A stretch of DNA of 63,877 nucleotides, the filler included. It is 6 parts of 6 records of this genome, joined end to end, with 100 filler letters (N's around TTAATTAATTAA, not from the genome) between each part and the next. Parts side by side here need not be neighbours in the genome. Positions count along the whole stretch, not along the records: positions 47,434 to 58,449 come from SRR22947727_5862; positions 58,550 to 63,877 come from SRR22947727_6284; 4 more parts are not named here. One strand, 5' to 3'. Positions 47,473-58,550 of this stretch are shown here, in pieces. The notes under the pieces are model-generated. The model was given only the letters and a program-made list of their open reading frames with translations. It was not told the origin of the DNA and made no database searches. Both the position numbers and the translations under genes were made by a program. How positions within the stretch are numbered: position 1 is the stretch's first letter; each line of letters opens with the position of its first letter.

Positions 47473-48285
47473 ATGAGCGTATTAGAAAGTTTTAAACAAT
47501 TAAAAGCGGAAGGAACAAAGATTGTTGTTGTTACTTCACATGAGTATTGGAGTGCCAAGATTCTTAACGACACAAATATAAATGGAATTTTAATTGGTGA
47601 TGATTTAAATATGGTTGTACATGGCCATGAAGACACTTTGAGTTGCGATGTGGAAACAATTGCAATGCACACCAGAGCCGTGAAAAAAGGAGCAAAAGAT
47701 AAATTCCTAATCGCTGGTATGCCATTTATGGCAAATAGAAAGGGGTTAAAGGATTCATTGGATAACGTTGAAATCTTAATCAAGGCTGGGGCAAATGCTC
47801 TTAAAATAGAAGGTGTTGATGGAAACGAAGAGCTTTATGCTCATCTTTCCCAATCCGGTATTCCAACAATAGGACATATTGGCCTTACACCATCCCACCA
47901 TAATGCAATCGGTGGATTTAAAGCTCAAGGTAAAACAAAAGAAAGTGCGCTTAGCATCGTTGAAGAAGCCAAAAAACTTGATCAACTTGGGTGTATTGCC
48001 ATTGTTTTGGAGGCTGTTCCGCAACATGTAGGTGCAGCAGTCAGTAAAGCAGTTTCTATCCCAGTTGTGGGTGTTGGAGCAGGTCTTGATGTGGATGGGC
48101 AAGCATTGGTTCTACCAGATATGCTCGGTTTTTCTACAGACTTTAAACCTAAGTTTGTCAGAACATACATGAATGGAGCTGATCTTATTAAAGATGCCGT
48201 TAATCAGTTCGCAGCTGATGTCCATGCAAAAGCATTTCCAGGAGCGGCAGAAACATACGCGCCGGGTAAGGATCAACTGAAATAA
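47473..48285 (+). CDS. panB: Ketopantoate hydroxymethyltransferase-like protein with an atypical active site
   Basis: 'KIEG', 'GHIGLTP', 'VLE', 'GVGAG', 'DGQ', 'PKFV' are conserved; several active-site residues differ. Confidence 0.8.
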   Translation: MSVLESFKQLKAEGTKIVVVTSHEYWSAKILNDTNINGILIGDDLNMVVHGHEDTLSCDVETIAMHTRAVKKGAKDKFLIAGMPFMANRKGLKDSLDNVEILIKAGANALKIEGVDGNEELYAHLSQSGIPTIGHIGLTPSHHNAIGGFKAQGKTKESALSIVEEAKKLDQLGCIAIVLEAVPQHVGAAVSKAVSIPVVGVGAGLDVDGQALVLPDMLGFSTDFKPKFVRTYMNGADLIKDAVNQFAADVHAKAFPGAAETYAPGKDQLK

Positions 48286-48382
48286 GTATATTTTACTTTG
48301 TATAGGTGATTACAGAGGGTTATAAGGAATGATAATAAATGTCACACAGTTTAATTTGTAGCCCTCTGATATCACGATTATT

Positions 48383-48949
48383 TTGAAAAAAGATACAGCA
48401 AGAAAGATATATTTGAAAAAGCGCCAAGAACTTTCTTCATTAGAACTTGAAGAAAATTCATCTCATCTCATTCAGAACACAATCGAGCTTATTAAAAAAT
48501 ATGAGCTAAAATTTGTTCATTGCTTTTTACCCATTCATACAAAAGGTGAAATTAATACTTCACCAATCATTCAATATTGTTGGAAAAATAACATTAATGT
48601 TGTTGTGCCTGTGAGTAACTTTGAAGAGGGGACCATGAGAAATGCAGCATTCAGTCCAGATACAAAAACTAAACAAACCAAATATAATATTACCGAACCA
48701 ATTGATCCTATTTGGATAGAGAACGATAAGATTGATATGGTTATCACCCCGCTTTTAGCATTTGATACAAAAGGATATAGGGTAGGCTATGGGAAAGGAT
48801 TTTACGATCGTTTTTTTGCTTCTTTACATAAGGATGTAAAAAAAATTGGCATCAGTCTTTTTATGCCTTGCGAAATTATAGAAGATACAAACGAATATGA
48901 TATCCCTTTGACATGCTGTGTAACTCCCAATAAAAACTATTCTTTTTAG
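48383..48949 (+). CDS. 5-formyltetrahydrofolate cyclo-ligase
   Basis: 'EINT', 'PLLAFD..GYRVGYGKGFYDR', 'DIPL'. Confidence 0.93.
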   Translation: MKKDTARKIYLKKRQELSSLELEENSSHLIQNTIELIKKYELKFVHCFLPIHTKGEINTSPIIQYCWKNNINVVVPVSNFEEGTMRNAAFSPDTKTKQTKYNITEPIDPIWIENDKIDMVITPLLAFDTKGYRVGYGKGFYDRFFASLHKDVKKIGISLFMPCEIIEDTNEYDIPLTCCVTPNKNYSF

Positions 48950-49027
48950 GTGGTTGATGAAGGTAAGCCAAGTTGCTCTAAAGGTATCTATGAAGCGCTT
49001 TCTAAAAAGCTATATGTGTTTTTAAAA

Positions 49028-50725
49028 TCAATAGACTTCTTCACGGCCTTTTTCTTTTCCTCTTGGGTCAGAGGCAATTTCAATTTTATTATTTACTTGA
49101 TCCCACATAATTATTTGCATATTACCAAACTGCCTATTTGATTTTTTAAATATATGTCCCATACTTTCCAATTCATCGATCTCGCTCGCCATAAATGCTT
49201 CTTCCTCATAGAGTACATAATCTGGATGATATTGATGATGAAACCTTGGCAAAGAGACCATAGATTTAGCGTCTCCTCCATTTACCCATTCCAATGTTGC
49301 AAGAAGAATCATACTTATAATCCTCGAACCTCCGGGAGTTCCTAAAATTACAAAACCTCTATCTGATTCAAGAAAGGTTGGTGTCATACTGGATAACATT
49401 CTTTTTTCGGGTTCCACTGCATTAGCATCATAACCAATTAATCCATAGCCATTCTCGGTTCCAGGCTTGATTGAAAAATCATCCATTTCATTATTCAGCA
49501 AAACACCTGTCCCTTTTGGAACAAAAGCAGACCCAAACCAAAAGTTGATAGATTGGGTCACTGCTACACGATTACCATATTTATCGATTACCGAAAAATG
49601 CGTTGTATCATTTCCTTGCCCTTGATATGGTGGGTCAGCAAACTCGAGCGTTTGATTATCTGTTGCATAATTAATATTAATACTTTCTCTTTGTTTAGCT
49701 GCATAACTGGGAGTTAAAAGAAATTCAAGAGAATTAGCCATGAAATCTGGGTCTCCCATTTTTATGGCTCTTTCATAATATGCTCGTCTTAGAGCCTCAA
49801 TAATTAAATGTTTTTGGGTGGTCAGACTAAGTTTATCTAATTCATATCCTGCTAATATATTAAGAGCATTAGATAAAACCAAGCCCCCTGAGGATGGAAG
49901 TCCTGGGGCGATAATTGAAATTCCTTTGTAGGTCGATTTAACTGGTTCTCTCTCAATAACTTTATATCTATTTAAATCTTCTTCGCTCCAAATACCGCCA
50001 TTATTTTGAACAGATTCAACCATTTTTTTAGCAAAACTTCCTGTGTAAAAACTTTTGTGGCCACCTTTCATTATTTTTTTGATCGTTTTTGCTAGATCAG
50101 TTTGTTTTAGAATCCATCCTTTTTTTGGTACCTCACCTTTATCTAAAAAAATTGCTTCGGTTTCTTTATATTTTTTCAGCCATTCCTTTTTATAATTTGC
50201 TCCTTTTAAATACCTTTCATTTACAGGAAATCCATTTATTGCTGCCTTATACGCAGGGACTAAAAGTGTGCTTAATTTTTTTGAACCGTATTTCTCATTG
50301 ACGTAACTCAATACCGCAGGAATACCTGGTATTCCTGCAGACAATGGCCCAAGCTTTGAAATATTTTTTATAAGGTTCTCATTTTCATCTAGATACATAT
50401 TTTTATGCGATTGAAGTGGGGCAGTTTCTCTGGCATCTAACATTTTATATTTCTTACTTTTAGCATCATAAATCAACCAGAATGCACCACCCCCTAGACC
50501 TGATGCAAATGGCTCTACCACAGAAAGCATTGCACTGATTGTGGTAGCAGCATCATAAGCGTTTCCGCCTTCAGCTAAAATTTTCTCTCCTGCTTTAGTT
50601 GCTAGAGCGTTCGAAGTTACAACTGCACCCTTGGATGGAAATAATTCATTAGAGAAAGTATTTCCAGAATAAAATAATATAAATAATAGATAAAGCCAAT
50701 ATCCGTAATTTCTGAATGTCTTCAT
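49028..50725 (-). CDS. ggt: Gamma-glutamyltransferase
   Basis: 'GGNAYDAA', 'SGLGGG', 'TTHFSVID', 'LNNEMDDF', 'SSMTP', 'GTPGGSRI'. Confidence 0.96.
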   Translation of the reverse strand: MKTFRNYGYWLYLLFILFYSGNTFSNELFPSKGAVVTSNALATKAGEKILAEGGNAYDAATTISAMLSVVEPFASGLGGGAFWLIYDAKSKKYKMLDARETAPLQSHKNMYLDENENLIKNISKLGPLSAGIPGIPAVLSYVNEKYGSKKLSTLLVPAYKAAINGFPVNERYLKGANYKKEWLKKYKETEAIFLDKGEVPKKGWILKQTDLAKTIKKIMKGGHKSFYTGSFAKKMVESVQNNGGIWSEEDLNRYKVIEREPVKSTYKGISIIAPGLPSSGGLVLSNALNILAGYELDKLSLTTQKHLIIEALRRAYYERAIKMGDPDFMANSLEFLLTPSYAAKQRESININYATDNQTLEFADPPYQGQGNDTTHFSVIDKYGNRVAVTQSINFWFGSAFVPKGTGVLLNNEMDDFSIKPGTENGYGLIGYDANAVEPEKRMLSSMTPTFLESDRGFVILGTPGGSRIISMILLATLEWVNGGDAKSMVSLPRFHHQYHPDYVLYEEEAFMASEIDELESMGHIFKKSNRQFGNMQIIMWDQVNNKIEIASDPRGKEKGREEVY

Positions 50726-50831
50726 TTAATAAAAAGTCTTGTTTTTGATTAGTAATCAATTAATATATTTTTATAATCATAATTGATTATTTTACTTTAA
50801 CCCTCAAATCAATATTTAAATTTACATAAAC

Positions 50832-51653
50832 ATGACAAATAAAAAATTATATAAACTTTTTCTTATTTTATTCTCTTTAACAATATTAATTGGTTGTGGT
50901 CAGTCAGATACAAGTCAGCTTATTGATAAAGCTCTAGAGGCTGAACATAGAACGCCTTCTTATATCCAGCGTGATAAATATCGCCATCCCAAAGAAACAT
51001 TACTCTTTTTTGGTCTTAACCCAGAACTGTCTATTGTTGAAATTACTCCAGGATATGGTTGGTATACAGAGATTTTAGCTCCTCTGATGTGCAATAGAGG
51101 GCATTACTCCTATGCTTCCTTAAGACTGCATGAAAAAATAAACCCTTTCTTTATTAAGCTAGAACGAGCATTTAAAGAAAAGATGAAAAAAAATCCTGAT
51201 ATCTATGACCAGCTTCGTTGGGTTCATTTTGATCCAAAACAGCCTGAATTTGCTCCGAATGGTCCTGTTGATATGGTTCTTACATTTAGAAATGTCCATA
51301 ATTGGGCGAAAGCGGGATCAGCTGAAGCGATGTTTGCTGGTTTTGCAAAGGCGCTTAAGCCTGGAGGAATTCTTGGTGTTGTAGAGCATAGAGCAAAAGT
51401 AGGGACGCCTTTAGAAAGGCAGATTGAAAGTGGTTATATGACTGAGGATTATGTTATTCAGATGGCAAAGGGTGCTGGTTTCAAACTTGATGCTAAATCC
51501 GAAATCAATGCAAATCCGAAGGACACTGCTGATCATCCAAATGGCGTTTGGAACTTGCTGCCTAGCTTAAGGGGTGTGGGAGATGATGATAAGGCAAATA
51601 TTATATCAATTGGAGAGTCGGATCGAATGACCTTAAGATTTATTAAGGAATAA
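50832..51653 (+). CDS. Predicted periplasmic/lipoprotein class I methyltransferase
   Basis: Lipobox 'LIGC'; 'RDKYRHPKETL', 'EITPGYGWY', 'LTFRNVHNW', 'IGESDRMTLRF'. Confidence 0.85.
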   Translation: MTNKKLYKLFLILFSLTILIGCGQSDTSQLIDKALEAEHRTPSYIQRDKYRHPKETLLFFGLNPELSIVEITPGYGWYTEILAPLMCNRGHYSYASLRLHEKINPFFIKLERAFKEKMKKNPDIYDQLRWVHFDPKQPEFAPNGPVDMVLTFRNVHNWAKAGSAEAMFAGFAKALKPGGILGVVEHRAKVGTPLERQIESGYMTEDYVIQMAKGAGFKLDAKSEINANPKDTADHPNGVWNLLPSLRGVGDDDKANIISIGESDRMTLRFIKE

Positions 51654-51689
51654 TAATCGGCCAATCTTGGGTCTATTTGTTCAAATAAA

Positions 51690-51765
51690 TGGTGGAGGTA
51701 AGCGGGATCGAACCGCTGACCCCTTGCATGCCATGCAAGTGCTCTCCCAGCTGAGCTATACCCCC
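51690..51765 (-). tRNA. tRNA-Ala (GGC)
   Basis: Reverse complement GGGGGTATAGCTCAGCTGGGAGAGCACTTGCATGGCATGCAAGGGGTCAGCGGTTCGATCCCGCTTACCTCCACCA: 76 nt, cloverleaf, CCA end. Confidence 0.96.
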
Positions 51766-51771
51766 ATGAGA

Positions 51772-52218
51772 TTAATCTCGATAATTTTTTTCAGTATCAA
51801 ATTGACTTAAATCAACTTTAGGCTGAGGCTTCCAACCCGGTTTTGAATGTTCCGCAATGACATTAGTAAAAATACCACCTCTTACAAAAAACTTAGCTGT
51901 TAAGCGCATAAACCTTGGGTTTGTTGCTTTAACAAGGTCATCTAAAATACTGTTCGTTACCGCCTCATGAAAGCACCCTTCATCTCTAAATGACCAGATA
52001 TAGAGTTTTAGACTTTTTAGTTCCACACAAGTCTTATCGGGGATATAATCAAGGTATAAAGTAGCAAAATCAGGTTGGCCTGTTTTTGGACATAAACAAG
52101 TAAACTCTGGGATTTGCATATGAATATGAATATCTCTTTGAACGTTGGGATTTTCGAATGTTTCTAGTGTTTTGGTGGGTTGGGCAGTTGGCTTTCCACC
52201 AAGTGAATTTTGATTCAT
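51772..52218 (-). CDS. queF: preQ0 reductase (7-cyano-7-deazaguanine reductase, type I)
   Basis: '[15 protein letters not shown]', 'VELKSLKLY', 'FHE', 'RGGI'. Confidence 0.95.
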   Translation of the reverse strand: MNQNSLGGKPTAQPTKTLETFENPNVQRDIHIHMQIPEFTCLCPKTGQPDFATLYLDYIPDKTCVELKSLKLYIWSFRDEGCFHEAVTNSILDDLVKATNPRFMRLTAKFFVRGGIFTNVIAEHSKPGWKPQPKVDLSQFDTEKNYRD

Positions 52219-52304
52219 AACTTAAGCTTAAAATTTATATAAAAGATGACATTATACTGCCTTGAACAAATTCTTTTTCAACAAAATCCAAAGATCGGTA
52301 ACAA

Positions 52305-55300
52305 TTGAAACTTAAACAGATTAAATTAGCAGGTTTTAAAACATTTGTTGATCCCACAACGATAAAAGTTGACGCACAATTAGCAGGCATAGTAGGTCCA
52401 AATGGTTGTGGTAAGTCTAATGTAACCGAATCAGTTAAATGGGTTCTCGGCTCATCTTCAGCTAAAGAGCTTAGGGGTGGGACGATGGAAGACGTCATAT
52501 TCTATGGAAGTGATACAAGGCAAGCTATTTCTAGAGCAAGTGTAGAACTTTTCTTTGATAATTCTGAAGGTATAGCACCGCAAGCATGGGCCAGCTACGC
52601 TGAAATATCAGTCAAAAGAATAATAGAGAAAGAAAAAGGGTCGAGCTATTTTATAAACAACACCCAAGTTAGAAGAAAGGATGTGGCCGACTTATTTCTT
52701 GGAACTGGATTGGGAGCAAAGGGTTATGCAATTATTGGTCAAAATACCGTCTCACAAATTATCGAAGCTAAGCCAGAGGAGCTTAAAAATTTCCTTGAAG
52801 AAGCTGCTGGAGTTAGTCAATACAAGGAAAGAAGGAAAGAAACAGAATATCGCTTGCGTGATACAAAAGAGAATCTTTCAAGGGTTGAGGACTTATTAAG
52901 AGAGATAAATCAACAGATTACAAAGCTCGAATCGCAAGCTGAAACGGCGAGCAAATATAATAAACATCAAGAGAATTTAAAATATCAAGAAGCTCAAGTA
53001 TGGGCACTAAAGAAAAGAGATGCAAATGAATCTTGGGATCAAATAAAAGAACTTATTAATAATCAACAAAGTGAATTAGATCAATTCACAACTGCCCTAA
53101 GGGAAATTGAGGTTAATGTTGAAAAGGCAAGGCAAGAGCACTCTGATAAATCAAATGAAATTAATTCTGCACAAGCTAAATTTTATGAAGTAAATGCGGT
53201 TGTATCTGATGCAGAAAATTCACTTAATAATATCAAGAATAACCTTGAAAGATTAAAGATTACCGTAGTTGAAAGTGAAGAAAAATTAAAATCACATACC
53301 ACCTCAATTGAAGAGATTGAAAAGGCAATGGAGGAAAATCAAAGTTTAATACAAATAGAAAATGAAAAATTATCACAACATCAAAAAAATGCTGGAGAAG
53401 ATAAAGTAAAACTTGTTGAGGCCGAAGCAGGATATCGAGCTTTAGTAGAAAAATTAGATTTACAACAAATTGAAAATCAAAAAATTCATGAATTGATAAA
53501 TCTAGAAACAACTCGAATTGATTATATTAGTAAGAGTATTGATGATCTAGAAGCTAGAAAAAAACTGCTTGATGATGAGTCTTCAAGTATCAATGAAAAA
53601 ACTTCAGATAAGAAAGTTATTCCAACAAAAAGTTTTGAGGATATTGATAATCAAATTTCTAATGCCGATAGAGAATTGTTAGAAAAAAAACAATTATTGA
53701 ATAAGTTGGAGAGCGAAAAAGAAAAACTCAACCTTCAGAAAGAGGAGCATTTTAAGAGGGTGCAGCAAACAGAAATTCAAATTAACACTCTTTCAAACTT
53801 TGTTGATAATGAGATTACTGATGAGGTTACCAGCAATTTTCTTGAAAAATTAGGTATCAATAAAAATAGCAATATTTTTAAAAAAGTTGATATTGAAAAA
53901 GGTTGGGAGAAAGCTGTAGGCTTTATTCTTGCAGATTATGCAAGCGCATATGAAAATAAAAGATTAGCCCCGAGTTCATTTAAAGAGATACCAACAGATA
54001 TTGCTTTTATCTTTGAGGGAAGCTCAGATAACCACTCTGAGATAAATAAAAAACTGACGCCTATTCTTTCAAAAGTTTCCTCAAAGTCTTCAAGCATAAG
54101 TAATGTTTTATCTGAGTGGTTATGGAATACCTACATTACAAATGATGCGGATATTGAAAACAATCTTAAAGCACTTAGGTTTGGTGAAATATTAATTGAT
54201 CGGCAAGGTAATATTCATGGAAAAAACTTTCAGGTTTTCAGAACTGAAAATAAATCCAACATAAACAAGCTCACTAACCTTAAGCTTCTTGAAGACTTAA
54301 AAAAAGAGTTACCTTCTCATAAGAGCAAGCTTGAAAACTCAGTTAGGATGTCGGATGAGAATACCGAAAAACTAAAAGGTTTAAAGGAAGAGGTTGATCT
54401 TTTGTCAGATAAAAAAATTAATTTAATCGAAGAAAAAAATTCAATAAATATTGAGGTAAACAAGCTTCAACAAATTGAGATACATCGACAAGAGAGAATT
54501 CTTAATATAGATAATGAACACAAAGAGGCTGATATAAAAATAAATGAATTTAGGAGAGAGTTAAATCAAAAACGAGAGAGTCTTGAAATTCATATTAAAG
54601 AGAAGCCTAATTTACAAGAAGCACTTGATGGGCTAACAAAAGATAAAAACTTGGCCGAAGAGAAATTTGAATCTGAAAGACAAAAAGTTTTTGCACGTGA
54701 CAAAGTTGAGCAGGAGCTTATTTTTAACTTAAAAATCCATCAAAATAAACATGAAGATTTTGTAGAGAAATTAAATCATAACGCTAATGAAAAATTAAGA
54801 TTAGAAAAGCTTATTAACGACACCCATACTCAGCTAGATGATAAAACTACTGAGAACCAAGAAACCTTGCTTAAAGAAAGTCTTTTAGAAAAAGAACAAG
54901 CAGAAAAGAACCTTGTTAAAGTAAGAGAAGAGCTTGTCACTAAAGAGGAAAATCTAAAAAATTTAGAAACTTCTCGGTTAGAGAAACAGCATTCTCTAAA
55001 CCCACTTAGTGAAAAGCTTCAGGAGACAAAGATACAAGAGAGAGAAGCTCAGATTTTATTTCAACAATGCTGTCAAGAAATTGAGAAAACTAGCTTTCAA
55101 GAAAGTGAATTATTAGATTCAATTGATACTGAAGCGAATGTTGAATCAATCATTGAAAAATGTGACTCAATTCGACTAAAGATGGAACGCTTAGGTCCTG
55201 TTAATCAAGCTGCTATTGATGAACTCAGTTCTATTCAAGAAAGAAAACAATATTTACAAAAGCAGTCAGATGATTTAACTGAGGCAATGACGACGCTTGA

Positions 55301-55808
55301 AAATGCAATTAAAAAAATAGATAACGAAACAAGGGAGAAGTTAGACGTAACCTATAAGGAAGTTAATAAAAACTTTAATGAATTTTTCAAAAGGTTATTT
55401 ACGGGGGGTAAAGCAGAGCTTCAATTATTAGGTGATGAAATATTAGATACAGGCCTTCAAGTTTCTGCCCAACCGCCTGGTAAGAAAAATACAACCATCA
55501 ATCTTTTATCAGGGGGAGAAAAAGCTTTGACTGCTATCTCCTTAATTTTTGCCCTATTTAAATTAAACCCTTCTCCTTTTTGTGTAATGGATGAAGTTGA
55601 TGCTCCACTAGATGATACAAATACAGGGAATTTTTGTTCATTAGTTAAAGAAATGGCAGAAAAAACACAATTTCTTATCGTTACGCATAACCGAATTACT
55701 ATGGAAATTGCTGAGCAGTTGATTGGTGTGACTCAGCAAGAATTAGGTGTTTCTAGAATTGTAGAGGTAGATATGCGTGATATTGATGAGATGGAGTTGG
55801 CTTACTAA
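52305..55808 (+). CDS. smc: Chromosome segregation protein SMC
   Basis: 'GFKTF', 'GPNGCGKSN', long coiled coils, 'LSGGEK', 'MDEVDAPLD'. Confidence 0.97.
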   Translation: MKLKQIKLAGFKTFVDPTTIKVDAQLAGIVGPNGCGKSNVTESVKWVLGSSSAKELRGGTMEDVIFYGSDTRQAISRASVELFFDNSEGIAPQAWASYAEISVKRIIEKEKGSSYFINNTQVRRKDVADLFLGTGLGAKGYAIIGQNTVSQIIEAKPEELKNFLEEAAGVSQYKERRKETEYRLRDTKENLSRVEDLLREINQQITKLESQAETASKYNKHQENLKYQEAQVWALKKRDANESWDQIKELINNQQSELDQFTTALREIEVNVEKARQEHSDKSNEINSAQAKFYEVNAVVSDAENSLNNIKNNLERLKITVVESEEKLKSHTTSIEEIEKAMEENQSLIQIENEKLSQHQKNAGEDKVKLVEAEAGYRALVEKLDLQQIENQKIHELINLETTRIDYISKSIDDLEARKKLLDDESSSINEKTSDKKVIPTKSFEDIDNQISNADRELLEKKQLLNKLESEKEKLNLQKEEHFKRVQQTEIQINTLSNFVDNEITDEVTSNFLEKLGINKNSNIFKKVDIEKGWEKAVGFILADYASAYENKRLAPSSFKEIPTDIAFIFEGSSDNHSEINKKLTPILSKVSSKSSSISNVLSEWLWNTYITNDADIENNLKALRFGEILIDRQGNIHGKNFQVFRTENKSNINKLTNLKLLEDLKKELPSHKSKLENSVRMSDENTEKLKGLKEEVDLLSDKKINLIEEKNSINIEVNKLQQIEIHRQERILNIDNEHKEADIKINEFRRELNQKRESLEIHIKEKPNLQEALDGLTKDKNLAEEKFESERQKVFARDKVEQELIFNLKIHQNKHEDFVEKLNHNANEKLRLEKLINDTHTQLDDKTTENQETLLKESLLEKEQAEKNLVKVREELVTKEENLKNLETSRLEKQHSLNPLSEKLQETKIQEREAQILFQQCCQEIEKTSFQESELLDSIDTEANVESIIEKCDSIRLKMERLGPVNQAAIDELSSIQERKQYLQKQSDDLTEAMTTLENAIKKIDNETREKLDVTYKEVNKNFNEFFKRLFTGGKAELQLLGDEILDTGLQVSAQPPGKKNTTINLLSGGEKALTAISLIFALFKLNPSPFCVMDEVDAPLDDTNTGNFCSLVKEMAEKTQFLIVTHNRITMEIAEQLIGVTQQELGVSRIVEVDMRDIDEMELAY

Positions 55809-55810
55809 AC

Positions 55811-56893
55811 ATGAACGATGTTCAACTCGCACTTCTAATAGCAGGGGTGGTCATTATTTTAATAATGATTATTTATAACTGGAGCGAACTAAAAAATTTA
55901 TCTAAGAAACAAGCAAGCTTAATTAAACCAAAAAATGTTTTTAGTGACGAAAATGACCCTTTATTTCATAATTCAAATGTAAGAGAAGAGCCCTCTACTG
56001 TATTTGAGGTGGAAGAAACGACTACTGTCGAACCTGATGAAACTCTAATCGGCTCTGAAAAAATCATAAACTATAATTTACCCGATGGTATTTACAGGGA
56101 TGTTGAAACTGTTATTTCGATCACCTCAAAAAAAATGCAAGAGGGAAGTGGTGGGCTGTTCCTAGATAAAATTAAAGCAATGCCGGGAGTAAGGGTTTAC
56201 GTAAGAAAAGATAACAATTTGTGGGCCACAGAAGCTGCTGTTTATGACACAATTGAGTTTAACCAGGTACTATTAGTGCTCTTGTTAGCAAGCAGAAAAT
56301 ACATACTTGATTCGAAAAGTATTGAAGCATTTCGGGAGCTTGCCAACGAAATTTCATCAAAAGTCGATGGATCAATATTTTGGTTATCGAATCAAGATAT
56401 TGAAAAAGAATCTTTCCATTTGGGTAAATTTAGGAAAGAAGTGGATCATTCATTAATACTCCAAGTTTATCCCAAATCTGACCCAACTTTTCATGCAGGG
56501 CCGCTCATAGATTTTTTTAAACAGCCTATCTTTAAAATAAACAATAAGGGTTATCACGAATTAATCAATTCTGAATCAGGTATAAAGATATGTACATTAA
56601 CCTCACTTTCTGGAAAAGCATTAAATATAAGTCATGAAGCTTTCCTTCAAGGAATTGTCTTTAAAATGGATATTCCCAATACAATTAAAATCACAGCTAG
56701 TTTTAATGAGATGGTTGAAACGATCAAGCAATTCAATACTAAGCTTAACGGGGTTCTTGTTGACTCAAGCAGAAAGCCCTTGAATGATGAGAAAATTAGT
56801 CAAATCTATGTACATTTGAAAAAGTTAGAAAAGATAATGCAAGAAAAGAAAATTCCATCTGGCTCAGATGTTGCCCAAAAAATGTTCAATTAA
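55811..56893 (+). CDS. zipA: ZipA-like cell division protein
   Basis: N-terminal TM, ZipA_C-like end 'IPSGSDVAQKMFN'; conserved smc-zipA-ligA order. Confidence 0.75.
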   Translation: MNDVQLALLIAGVVIILIMIIYNWSELKNLSKKQASLIKPKNVFSDENDPLFHNSNVREEPSTVFEVEETTTVEPDETLIGSEKIINYNLPDGIYRDVETVISITSKKMQEGSGGLFLDKIKAMPGVRVYVRKDNNLWATEAAVYDTIEFNQVLLVLLLASRKYILDSKSIEAFRELANEISSKVDGSIFWLSNQDIEKESFHLGKFRKEVDHSLILQVYPKSDPTFHAGPLIDFFKQPIFKINNKGYHELINSESGIKICTLTSLSGKALNISHEAFLQGIVFKMDIPNTIKITASFNEMVETIKQFNTKLNGVLVDSSRKPLNDEKISQIYVHLKKLEKIMQEKKIPSGSDVAQKMFN

Positions 56894-58449
<1,556 letters not shown>

Positions 58450-58549
58450 NNNNNNNNNNNNNNNNNNNNNNNNNNNNNNNNNNNNNNNNNNNNTTAATTA
58501 ATTAANNNNNNNNNNNNNNNNNNNNNNNNNNNNNNNNNNNNNNNNNNNN
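58450..58549. other. Artificial contig spacer
   Basis: N44-TTAATTAATTAA-N44. Confidence 0.98.
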
Positions 58550-58550
58550 G

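Noticed and set aside
52305-55808. SMC as part of a Wadjet-type defence system
   Set aside because: It is a canonical Smc in the core smc-zipA-ligA context, with no jetABD-like neighbours.
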